Below, piece after piece: positions 44,260-52,702 of a DNA stretch of 61,373 nt. Each line of letters starts with the position of its first letter. Position 1 is the first letter of the stretch. The notes below the pieces were generated by a model. The model was not told the DNA's origin. It was given only the letters and a program-made list of their open reading frames with translations, and made no database searches. The position numbers were made by a program, and so were the translations under genes. This DNA comes from Candidatus Nomurabacteria bacterium (GTDB lineage: Bacteria > Patescibacteriota > Minisyncoccia > Phycocordibacterales > UBA5272): assembly GCA_943354975.1 (NCBI GenBank), contig CALRDS010000001.1, forward strand, positions 1 to 61,373, given 5' to 3'.

Positions 44260-44613
44260 TTAAATAAATTCTATTACGGCGCGTTGCGCTCCATCTGAAA
44301 TACGTGTAGGTAATTTTAATATTCTTGTATAACCTCCAGTAACATCTTTATACTTTACAGCATATTCCTTAAATAATTTAGATGTTTCTACATCTTGATT
44401 CATTATGCGAGATGCAACTAATCTACGTCTCGATACAGCGTCTGTCTTTGCAAGAGTAACAAGCTTCTCAACATGAGGACGAATTTCTTTTGCACGAGCA
44501 AGAGTAGTCTCAATCTTTCCATGCCGTATTAGATTCACCAAAAGACCTTTTACAAAGGCTTTGCGTTCATTCTTCTCTCTTCCGAATTTTCTGATTGCTT
44601 TATGGTGTTTCAT
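44260..44613 (-). CDS. rplQ: 50S ribosomal protein L17
   Basis: MKHHKA.RKFGR....R.A....L...LI.H..I.TT..RAKE.R...EKL.T.AK. Confidence 0.95.
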   Translation of the reverse strand: MKHHKAIRKFGREKNERKAFVKGLLVNLIRHGKIETTLARAKEIRPHVEKLVTLAKTDAVSRRRLVASRIMNQDVETSKLFKEYAVKYKDVTGGYTRILKLPTRISDGAQRAVIEFI

Positions 44614-44657
44614 ATCTCGCTTTTATATCTTTGGATCTCTAACTATATCACGCTCTT

Positions 44658-45620
44658 TTACGCCTTCAAAGTAAGACCCAGGTCAGAAAGTGCCTTTTTT
44701 ATTTCATTTATTCCTTTCTCCCCAAGACCGTCTGTTGCGAGTAAGTCTTCCTCTGATTTACGAGCAAGACCTCCTGCTGTACGGATAGAAGCAGAAACTA
44801 GGACATTTTCAGTGCGTGTTGAAAGACCTAAGTCTTCGATCTTTACTTTACTTGCATCAGTTAGATCAAGAGAGTCAGATGAGTCAACTATCGGAGCTAC
44901 GGGTTCCTTTGGCATATCAATAATTGGTTCACGGAATCCGACAACTGCCTGAAGTTGTGTGATCATCGTATGAATCGCATCTTCAAGTGCTTGATGTGGG
45001 GTAATAGTTCCGTCTGTTTCAATAGAAATACGAAGACGGTTGTGGTCTGTACGATCACCAACACGCATGTTCTCTACTTCATAACTAGCACGACGAATCG
45101 GGGTAAATGACGCATCAAGTACAATAGTACCAATGTCTGCCTTTTCTTTTTGTAAAATTTCTCGTGGAACATATCCAAGACCTTTTTCAACTGTAATTTC
45201 AATTGCAATATCGACATCCTTTGCAGTAGATTCACAGATGTACTGATCCTTGTTCATTATTTCTAATTGAGTAGGTAAAGTTATATCCTTTGCGGTAATG
45301 GTCTTTGTTCCTTTTATATGAAGTGTGCCCTTTTGCGCATCATCACCGTGTAGCTTAAAACGAGTCTTCTTAAGATTAAGAATAATTGCAATAACATCTT
45401 CTTTGATACCATCAATTGCGGAGAATTCATGCTTAACGCCATCAATTGATAATGATGTGATGGCAGCTCCTGGTATTGATGAAAGGATAATACGTCGAAG
45501 TGAATTTCCTAGTGTGTGTCCATAACCAGGAAAAAGTCCATCTATTTCATACACACCAGAGACAGCATTTTCCTTAACAATTTTTGGCTTTGAAGGCAAT
45601 ATAATAGAATGTGAAGACAT
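44658..45620 (-). CDS. rpoA: DNA-directed RNA polymerase subunit alpha
   Basis: N-terminal domain GHTLGN.LRR.LLSS.PG.A. C-terminal domain LS.R..N.L......T...L. Confidence 0.95.
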   Translation of the reverse strand: MSSHSIILPSKPKIVKENAVSGVYEIDGLFPGYGHTLGNSLRRIILSSIPGAAITSLSIDGVKHEFSAIDGIKEDVIAIILNLKKTRFKLHGDDAQKGTLHIKGTKTITAKDITLPTQLEIMNKDQYICESTAKDVDIAIEITVEKGLGYVPREILQKEKADIGTIVLDASFTPIRRASYEVENMRVGDRTDHNRLRISIETDGTITPHQALEDAIHTMITQLQAVVGFREPIIDMPKEPVAPIVDSSDSLDLTDASKVKIEDLGLSTRTENVLVSASIRTAGGLARKSEEDLLATDGLGEKGINEIKKALSDLGLTLKA

Positions 45621-45879
45621 ATAGAATTAAAATGATTATTTCCGCAAACGGGCATAAGTGCCACTGCGGAAGCTGTTAGTTAATTACGCAAAACAGAAAC
45701 ACCCAGAAACACGATCGCCCTTATTAAATAAAGTTCCCCAATTCTACCAGGGAATTGCAAAATATGCAAGGCTTTACCTGTGAACAGGCAAAGCAAGTCA
45801 AAAGTCTGTAAAATCCTTAAAATCGAAGGCGGGCGCATTTACTTTATAGACTTTACGAACTTTAGACTTTACAGACTTA

Positions 45880-46500
45880 TTACCTAGAGTAGTATTCCAA
45901 CACCTTTTGTGTGTCGAACATACCCTCGACTTCTCTGATTGTCCCCTTTACTTCAGCTGAAAGTGTGTTTGGATTAACGGTCACCACATGACTTGGTGAT
46001 AAAGCCGTTAATCTCTCAGCAAGTCCTTCGAAAACTTTTGCGCCCTTACTACCCTCACGGATAGAAATAACATCTCCTAATTTGACTTGGTAAGAAGCGA
46101 TACTCGCGCGTCGTCCATTTACCAAAATATGACCATGGGACACTAGCTGACGAGCAAGAGCGCGAGTATTAGCAAAACCCGCTCGGAACACAATGTTATC
46201 CAATCTCGCCTCAAGTAAACGGGCAAGCTTTAGTGCTGGAGTAACAGACCCACTACCTGTTTCATGGGTAGCAGTTGCAGTTTTCACATAATTTGAAAAT
46301 TGCTTTTCCATAAGACCATAAGTAATGCGCATCTTTTGTTTTGCACGAAGCTGTTCACCATATTCAGAGACACTCGATCGATGCTTTCTTTCGCTGTCTA
46401 GTTTTCCTGGAGCATACGGGCGCTTCTTAAAAGCGCACTTTTCACGTCCACAAAGTGATTCTCCAAGTCTACGGCAAGTTTTACATGTTATTCTACTCAT
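45880..46500 (-). CDS. rpsD: 30S ribosomal protein S4
   Basis: C.CRR.G..LC, SEYG.QL..KQK, and S4 domain RLDN.VFR.GFA.TR..ARQLV.HGHI.VNG. Confidence 0.95.
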   Translation of the reverse strand: MSRITCKTCRRLGESLCGREKCAFKKRPYAPGKLDSERKHRSSVSEYGEQLRAKQKMRITYGLMEKQFSNYVKTATATHETGSGSVTPALKLARLLEARLDNIVFRAGFANTRALARQLVSHGHILVNGRRASIASYQVKLGDVISIREGSKGAKVFEGLAERLTALSPSHVVTVNPNTLSAEVKGTIREVEGMFDTQKVLEYYSR

Positions 46501-46505
46501 AAATA

Positions 46506-46940
46506 TTATATGTGACGAGGCTTACGAGGCTTTGGTCCATTGTGTGGAACCGGTGTCTTATCAATAATTGAAACAATATCTACACCGAATGTAGAAAATC
46601 CTCTGATGGCTGACTCACGTCCAGATCCCACTCCCTTTACGATAACAGCTACTTCCTTAAGTCCAGCTTGCTGTGCTTTTTCACCAATCAATTCTCCAAT
46701 TTTAGACGCTGCAAATGGTGTTCCTTTCTTTGCCCCCTTAAATCCTAGTGCACCAGAAGATGACCACGCAATAATATTACCTTCTTTATCAGAAAGTGAA
46801 AGTCTTGTGTTGTTGTAAGTAGACTCAACAAAAAGAATTCCTTCTACGATTTTCTTTTTCATTGTCTTGGCTAAAGAGCGTGCTTTTAGAGCACTATCAA
46901 CACCTGAACTATTCTTTTTTACTATACGTTTCTTTCCCAT
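46506..46940 (-). CDS. rpsK: 30S ribosomal protein S11
   Basis: NT...L.D..GN...W.S.G..GFKG.KK.TP.AA and G.GSGRE.A.R. Confidence 0.95.
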   Translation of the reverse strand: MGKKRIVKKNSSGVDSALKARSLAKTMKKKIVEGILFVESTYNNTRLSLSDKEGNIIAWSSSGALGFKGAKKGTPFAASKIGELIGEKAQQAGLKEVAVIVKGVGSGRESAIRGFSTFGVDIVSIIDKTPVPHNGPKPRKPRHI

Positions 46941-46968
46941 GTTTTTATATTATTTTATTGGTCTACTT

Positions 46969-47349
46969 TTATGTTTTCTCTGTCTTTCGGCGTCCACTAC
47001 CCATAGTACGACGTACGTTACCTCTCACTGTACGACTATTTGTTTTTGTACGTTGTCCACGAACAGGAAGATGCCTAATGTGACGGATACCTCGGTATGC
47101 CTTAATATCTTTTAGACGCTTTATGTTTTGCTGAGTCTCTCTCTTAAGATCTCCTTCTGTTTTAAAAATTTCAATCTCACGACGAATCAGATTTTCCTGT
47201 TCTGCGGTTAACTTTGTAGTCTTCATCCCCTCATCAAGAGCAAGCTTCTTAATAATCATCTTTGCGCGTGAACGTCCAACACCATAGACAGCAGTTAGTG
47301 CAATTTCTAGTCGTTTATTTTCTGGGAGGGTAATACCTGAGATACGCAT
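46969..47349 (-). CDS. rpsM: 30S ribosomal protein S13
   Basis: MRISG...P..KR.EIALT..YG.G and YRG.RH...LPVRGQRT.TN. Confidence 0.95.
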   Translation of the reverse strand: MRISGITLPENKRLEIALTAVYGVGRSRAKMIIKKLALDEGMKTTKLTAEQENLIRREIEIFKTEGDLKRETQQNIKRLKDIKAYRGIRHIRHLPVRGQRTKTNSRTVRGNVRRTMGSGRRKTEKT

Positions 47350-47356
47350 GATAGAT

Positions 47357-47389
47357 AGTTTTTTAGTTTACTGTTGTCAGTTTTCAGTT
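47357..47389 (-). repeat. heptad-like tract upstream of rpsM
   Basis: AGTT/TGTT at 47357, 47365, 47372, 47379 and 47386. The sense strand reads ...GAAAACT GACAACA GTAAACT AAAAAACT. Confidence 0.6.
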
Positions 47390-47401
47390 AAATTCTGATA
47401 C

Positions 47402-47515
47402 TTAGCCTTGAGCTTGTTTATGTTTAGGATTTTCGCAAATAACACGAAGTACACCACCACGTTTTATCATCTGGCATTTTGAACAAATTTTTTTTACTGA
47501 TGATCGTACTTTCAT
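47402..47515 (-). CDS. rpmJ: 50S ribosomal protein L36 (not in the ORF track, below the length cutoff)
   Basis: The reverse complement encodes [37 protein letters not shown], the canonical L36 sequence. Located between infA and rpsM. Confidence 0.9.
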   Translation of the reverse strand: MKVRSSVKKICSKCQMIKRGGVLRVICENPKHKQAQG

Positions 47516-47572
47516 GAGAAAATATGGGACGTATTCTACTATAACTTGATAAATAATGCAAATTAAAGGCTT

Positions 47573-47785
47573 TTATAGTCTCTTGATAATTCTACCTCGA
47601 CCTGAATATGGGTCAATTTGCATGCTTACTTTGTCTCCAACGAGAACTTTTATCTTGTGAACTCGCATTCTACCAGCAAGGTTTGAGAGTATTTGTTTTC
47701 CACCACTAACTTCTACTCTAAAGAGAGTACTCGGTAGTGCTTCTACAACACGCCCTTCAACAATGTCCATTTCGTTTTCATCCAT
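47573..47785 (-). CDS. infA: translation initiation factor IF-1
   Basis: S1-like fold: G.V.E.LP...FRVE...G......L.G.MR...I....GD.V.....PY....GRI..R. Confidence 0.9.
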   Translation of the reverse strand: MDENEMDIVEGRVVEALPSTLFRVEVSGGKQILSNLAGRMRVHKIKVLVGDKVSMQIDPYSGRGRIIKRL

Positions 47786-47823
47786 AGTTAAGACATCAAT
47801 TATACCAGAATTTTACTCATTTA

Positions 47824-49224
47824 TCAACGCTTAGGTAGAGACTCCACCACTTTAATTTTTGATACGTTATCTGGGAATGTCATAAGCCATAGAGGTGAGA
47901 AGCCTATTTCTGCTCCCTTTATAGAACTAATACCTCCCATTAAGGATTCAAACTCGGCACGTTTCTTTCCAGCAACTAACTTTTTCAAAATACTTTCATC
48001 TGTGATCCAAACAAGTCGTGAGTTACCCCCCACTAATACGTCTAGCTTGCTAAGGGCACTAATTTTATCAGTATCTTTTCTGGTGTAGTTAAGCATCTCC
48101 GTATAGTCTAATCTAACTGGGTCACCCTTCTTATAATCACGAGCAGAGAACGCGACTTTGTTTGCGAGTTCTGCTGCAGAAGCAAATATCAAGTAACCTG
48201 TCGCAGTAACTTCATACGTAGAAGTTTTACCCTGAAGAACTTCTACTTCGTTATCCTTGTAAGTAACTTCGACTGCACTGTACAAACCTATATATCCATC
48301 TTTTTTCATTATTGAAAAAGTAGATTTTATTTTCTGCGCAGTTTCAAGTGCTAGCTCATCTTTTGCAGCATTAACATCTGACTGTGAGGCAAGTGACATG
48401 TTTCCAGAAGAACCACCAGTTATAGGGCCATCAGATCTAGCAAAGAATGCTGTGAATCTCGGAGTACCTTTGAATCCTGGGATAGTGAAGTCTGCTGGCG
48501 CACTATTATAGTCAGCCCCATAACTATCTGCATAAACAGTGACTTCTACGCTACCTGGTGTAGTACCAGACTTACCTGGAATAGTTACTGACTGATTGAT
48601 ACGATAAATTTTCCCGCCAGGAGTTTCAAAACGAGTATTCTTTATAAGTTTTTGTTCAGATGAATCGTAGTTGTTATAAATAATTATTTTTCCAGATGCT
48701 TTTGCTTCTACTTTTTTAGTTTCTGAAAGTGTGAGTACTTTTGAACTTGTGAGTGATGTCGTGGCCACTATAAAAGGAATACTGTTTGTATCTGCAGAAT
48801 TTTGGCTAAAGTTAAATGTCTTTCGGAAATTATCCATATCCTGATATTTCGGAGTTATAGTTACTGTTGCACTATTAAATACATACGTGAGTAACCCCGT
48901 ACCGACTGCTAGTACTAAAACTGTAATGATAAAAGCCCAAGTGCCAAATGACTTGTTGGACTTCATATAACGAGTACGTGGGTCTCTGTACACTATGTCT
49001 CCACGACCTCCCTTTTCTTCACCGACACCTTCACGTCTCCTTTTAGGAAACATCTCCATGTGGTCTAGATTTCGACGATTACGAAATGATCTGTTTGGAA
49101 TTCGTACTGACTCTTCGTCATCTAATTCATCATCTGAATAATCATTAGTTTCAAATTCTTCTACGCGATGTGAAATATCACGGCTAGATTTTGAACGAGT
49201 GTATGGTTTGCGAATGTCTTGCAT
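47824..49224 (-). CDS. hypothetical membrane-anchored protein (466 aa)
   Basis: Charged N-terminus, a single TM (WAFIITVLVLAVGTGLL), and a large beta-rich extracytoplasmic part. No family recognised. Confidence 0.6.
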   Translation of the reverse strand: MQDIRKPYTRSKSSRDISHRVEEFETNDYSDDELDDEESVRIPNRSFRNRRNLDHMEMFPKRRREGVGEEKGGRGDIVYRDPRTRYMKSNKSFGTWAFIITVLVLAVGTGLLTYVFNSATVTITPKYQDMDNFRKTFNFSQNSADTNSIPFIVATTSLTSSKVLTLSETKKVEAKASGKIIIYNNYDSSEQKLIKNTRFETPGGKIYRINQSVTIPGKSGTTPGSVEVTVYADSYGADYNSAPADFTIPGFKGTPRFTAFFARSDGPITGGSSGNMSLASQSDVNAAKDELALETAQKIKSTFSIMKKDGYIGLYSAVEVTYKDNEVEVLQGKTSTYEVTATGYLIFASAAELANKVAFSARDYKKGDPVRLDYTEMLNYTRKDTDKISALSKLDVLVGGNSRLVWITDESILKKLVAGKKRAEFESLMGGISSIKGAEIGFSPLWLMTFPDNVSKIKVVESLPKR

Positions 49225-49567
49225 AAGAAATAGCAGCGCCTTCTATACCTTCTATTGTAACACTTATAGGCGCGCCGTCAGTATAGAACTGTGTATAAGA
49301 ACCATTCTCAATAACTTCTCCAATCCAAGTAGCATAGCGTGTAGTAACTAATCTGAAGTCTGTCGGTATTCTATCGTGAAGAGAAATGAATTCTAACGCG
49401 TATAAAACTCCATCTAATAATTTCGAACCTGCGATATGATTCATACCATCTGCTTCAATATGTTTGAAACCAATTGGGTGGCTGTGTGACACAACAACTT
49501 CACCATCAACTACATAATTTATAAGTGTAGTTGAGTCTCCAACAGAAATACGAAGGTGGGGATTCAT
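49184..49567 (-). CDS. hypothetical protein (127 aa)
   Basis: Trimmed to ATG 49567, 6 nt downstream of TATACT (49574-49579). Its 3' end overlaps the next ORF by 41 nt. Confidence 0.5.
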   Translation of the reverse strand: MNPHLRISVGDSTTLINYVVDGEVVVSHSHPIGFKHIEADGMNHIAGSKLLDGVLYALEFISLHDRIPTDFRLVTTRYATWIGEVIENGSYTQFYTDGAPISVTIEGIEGAAISYARHSQTIHSFKI

Positions 49568-49580
49568 ATAGATAGTATAC

Positions 49581-49608
49581 AGGTGAGAGGTGAGAGGTGG
49601 TAGTGGAA
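49581..49608 (-). repeat. heptad tract AGGTGAG AGGTGAG AGGTGGT AGTGGAA
   Basis: Exact 7-nt period. It occupies the -35/spacer region of the 49567 promoter. Confidence 0.6.
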
Positions 49609-49615
49609 ACAAAAA

Positions 49616-49657
49616 GCGGTATTGATAATGAAATTACCATTTCATTATCAATACCGC
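49616..49657 (-). terminator. 19-bp perfect-stem terminator of cassette H
   Basis: GCGGTATTGATAATGAAAT-TACC-ATTTCATTATCAATACCGC, followed on the minus strand by TTTTTGTTT. Confidence 0.7.
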
Positions 49658-49667
49658 TCGACCCGAT

Positions 49668-49937
49668 TTACTTCCCAAATTTGAACACGGCAATTCGTGT
49701 TGTTGGAAAAATGATAACCCCTGGCAAGGAGGGTTTTCCGTTTGCCTCAGCAGGAAACAAAATACTTCCGCGAGGCAATCTGGCGTGCATGAAGACCCGA
49801 CTACCGTTTCCTTGTACTAAACAAGGCCCATCTTTTGATTCGTCTGCTCTGTGCCATTCGCATGTACGTTCTGGTGAATTCGGTAGAGTTAACTGATTGG
49901 CAATAGTCCTTATCCAATTTATTCCTAGCATATTCAT
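49668..49937 (-). CDS. hypothetical 89-aa protein, GC-rich cassette H
   Basis: TTGACT (49991-49996, directly after the alaS stop), 17 nt, TAGATT (49968-49973). This places the TSS downstream of the track start, so the ATG at 49937 is used, preceded by GGAGGA at 7 nt. Confidence 0.5.
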   Translation of the reverse strand: MNMLGINWIRTIANQLTLPNSPERTCEWHRADESKDGPCLVQGNGSRVFMHARLPRGSILFPAEANGKPSLPGVIIFPTTRIAVFKFGK

Positions 49938-49996
49938 GTGCAAATCCTCCAAATAAGGTATCTGCATAATCTATCTTAAAAGAAACTTACAGTCAA

Positions 49997-51967
49997 TTAT
50001 TCAAGTACTGCTTTTATTCTACGAACACCCGCAGATACAGCCTCTTCTTTTATGATTTTAAATTTCACTTTCCTTTTATCCATTTGATTGTTATCATCTG
50101 GATGATTATCCATCTGACTGCTGTCATCTGGATGATTTCCACCGACGGCGAGTACGCCTGTGGAAATCACATGCGGACCGCCACAGAATTCCATAGAAAA
50201 CATTTTCTCTTTTCCTCTTGTCCCTGTTTCCCCTACTGTATAAATGCTAACTGTATCTCCGTACTTTGTATCAAATACGCCAATTGCACCACGAGCACGT
50301 GCTTCAGCATGGCTAACTTCTTCCCTAGTTACTGGTAAATTTTGTGCTATAACATCATTTACTATTTTTTCTACTCTCGCTTTTTGTTCATCTGTCATTT
50401 TTTCACCATGTGAGAAATCAAAACGCAGTCTCTCCGGTGTAATGTTACTTCCTTTCTGAAGTACATGATCACCTAAAACTTGTCGTAGTGCTTCGTGTAA
50501 TAAATGTGTTGCTGTATGATACTTCACCTCCATTTCTCCATCCCCTCCAAGACCACCCTTGAACTTACCAGCGGAAGCAGTGCGAGATTCTTCGGAATGC
50601 TTTTTCTTTTCTTCATCAAATGATGACCTATCTATTTCTATATTTCTTTCCTTGGCAAGTTCTTCTGTAAGTTCAATTGGAAACCCATATGACTGAAGAA
50701 GATCAAAGGCATCAATACCAGAAATATTTCCATGGGATAGTTTTTCAAATTGCCTTATACCATTTTCAAGTGTCTTTCTAAATTTACTTTCCTCTCTATC
50801 AATTTCAATAAGAATATTATCTTTCTTTTCTTCAAGATTGTTGTATTCCTGTCTATATGTTTCAATAAATGAAACTGCGACTTCTTTTGTAAAATTCTCT
50901 TTTACTCCTAGATTACGTGCAAATCTCACTGCGCGACGAATAAGACGGCGCACGAAATACATCTGATCTTTGTTTCCTGGCATCACACCATCCCCTATTA
51001 AAAATGTCGCTGCACGAAGATGGTCCAAACTAACTCGGTATGCATACGTTACCGACTCAGACTCTCCATATTTCTTTCCTGAAAGTCTTTCAATTGTCTT
51101 CTTCGGTTCATCAAAAACGTCAATATTAAACATATCTGAATCATTATTGACTGCGGCTGCTATACGTTCAACTCCACCTCCAAAATCAACATTCATTTGT
51201 GGAAGTTCCTCAAAACCATTTGCAGTCTTCTTGTACTGCATGAATACATTGTTTCCAATTTCCATAAATCTCCCACAATCACAATTCACATGACATGGAA
51301 CATTTGTATACTTAGAAATTGAGTGCATCTTTTTCTCCATCATTGGATCAAAATCATAGAACATTTCAGAATCAGGCCCCCCAGGTTCTCCTGCTGGCAT
51401 ATTCGCTGGTACACCTGAACGTGACCACCAATTTTTTTTCTCTTCAAAATAAAAAATTTTCTCTCCATCATTCATTCCACTTTCTGGGTTTTCACTTATT
51501 TTTGCAACGATTCCTTTTGAGGAAAAAAGTTTTTGCCAAAGCTCAGCAGAAAAAGTATCTCGAGGAACACCCAAATTTTCTTTACCAATAAAACAAGAAA
51601 CATAAAAATGTTGTGGGTCAAGCTTAAGTTCATCAATAAGAAATTCCCACATCCACGTAATCTGCTCCTCCTTAAAATAATCTCCAAAAGACCAATTTCC
51701 AAGCATTTCAAAAAATGTTGTATGCCTATTATCCCCTACTTCCTCTATATCTTTAGAACGAAATGATTTTTGAGAATCAGCAATACGAGTTCCTAGTGGA
51801 TGTGGCTGTCCGAGAAGGTACTGCAACATTGGTTGCATACCACTCCCAGTAAAAAGTGTTGTTGGGTCATTTTCTGGGACCAACGATGCAGACGGTACAA
51901 TAACATGCCCCTTTTCCTTCATAAAATTTAAAAACTTGCTTCTTATTTCGTTTACGGTTAAAGACAT
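49997..51967 (-). CDS. alaS: alanine--tRNA ligase (no C-Ala domain)
   Basis: Trimmed to MSLTVNEIRSKFLNFMKEKGH. Motifs FTGSGM, NWSFGDYFK, and editing-domain HTATHLLH...H. TATAAT (51974-51979) lies 6 nt before the ATG. Confidence 0.95.
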   Translation of the reverse strand: MSLTVNEIRSKFLNFMKEKGHVIVPSASLVPENDPTTLFTGSGMQPMLQYLLGQPHPLGTRIADSQKSFRSKDIEEVGDNRHTTFFEMLGNWSFGDYFKEEQITWMWEFLIDELKLDPQHFYVSCFIGKENLGVPRDTFSAELWQKLFSSKGIVAKISENPESGMNDGEKIFYFEEKKNWWSRSGVPANMPAGEPGGPDSEMFYDFDPMMEKKMHSISKYTNVPCHVNCDCGRFMEIGNNVFMQYKKTANGFEELPQMNVDFGGGVERIAAAVNNDSDMFNIDVFDEPKKTIERLSGKKYGESESVTYAYRVSLDHLRAATFLIGDGVMPGNKDQMYFVRRLIRRAVRFARNLGVKENFTKEVAVSFIETYRQEYNNLEEKKDNILIEIDREESKFRKTLENGIRQFEKLSHGNISGIDAFDLLQSYGFPIELTEELAKERNIEIDRSSFDEEKKKHSEESRTASAGKFKGGLGGDGEMEVKYHTATHLLHEALRQVLGDHVLQKGSNITPERLRFDFSHGEKMTDEQKARVEKIVNDVIAQNLPVTREEVSHAEARARGAIGVFDTKYGDTVSIYTVGETGTRGKEKMFSMEFCGGPHVISTGVLAVGGNHPDDSSQMDNHPDDNNQMDKRKVKFKIIKEEAVSAGVRRIKAVLE

Positions 51968-52097
51968 TACCTGATTATAGCTTAGAAATTTATAAAAATG
52001 AATACTCACATAAATAACTAATAATACAGTGTAGTACAACAATATTTAATTAAAAATAAAGACCCGCTTAGCGAGCCTTCTTTTAACATATTTTTTG

Positions 52098-52493
52098 CTA
52101 AGGCAGCTTGGCCAAAGCGTTATCGATTTTAGTCAAGCCATATTGCTCCCAAATAAGTTCATTTTTTTTGTGGAGGTATACCGTATAGTATAATTCTGAA
52201 TCGAATTTATACTTTTCGCTAAAAAGCTTTCTGAGGATTACATCAAGTTCAACTCCAGTAAATTTAGCTATTTTTTCCAGAACAACGGGTTTTGGGTCGC
52301 TGCAAGTCCCAAATTCATACTCGCCTAGGAGTCCAGTACTCACACCAATCTTCTTCGCAAAAAAATCACGTGAGTATGGTTTTTTCATATTTGAGGATTT
52401 AGCCCTCTCTCGAAGAGACCTTAAGTATGCTCCAAATTTTGGTAGTATTTTTCTTTCGCTCCTGGGAACACTTCTCGAACCTTTAGCTTTCAT
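52098..52493 (-). CDS. XRE-family helix-turn-helix transcriptional regulator, cassette J
   Basis: Trimmed to the ATG preceded by GGAG. FGAYLRSLRE...SRDFFAKKIGVSTGLLGEYEFG...P....LEKIAKFTGVELD is a Cro/C1-type HTH. TTGACT, 17 nt, TAGTTT, with palindrome CTAGTtgACTAG over the -35. Confidence 0.75.
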   Translation of the reverse strand: MKAKGSRSVPRSERKILPKFGAYLRSLRERAKSSNMKKPYSRDFFAKKIGVSTGLLGEYEFGTCSDPKPVVLEKIAKFTGVELDVILRKLFSEKYKFDSELYYTVYLHKKNELIWEQYGLTKIDNALAKLP

Positions 52494-52644
52494 GATTTTC
52501 TCCAATTGAACAATTACTTTAAAACTACAATAGATTATGTAGCTAGTCAACTAGATTTCAATCATCTGTTCGGTTCGTAAAGGAAATCTTCGGCATTCAA
52601 TTTATCCGACTCGTCGCTCTGGGGCTCAAGCGACTTCGCTGGAT

Positions 52645-52702
52645 GATTGAATTTAAGATTTAAAAATGACCTTTCGGCCATTTTTAAATCTTAAATTCAA
52701 TC
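52645..52702 (-). terminator. 24-bp perfect hairpin whose 5' arm is the last six codons plus stop of ychF
   Basis: GATTGAATTTAAGATTTAAAAATG (52645-52668) and CATTTTTAAATCTTAAATTCAATC (52679-52702). In the mRNA sense the loop closes as CC-GAAA-GG. Confidence 0.6.
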
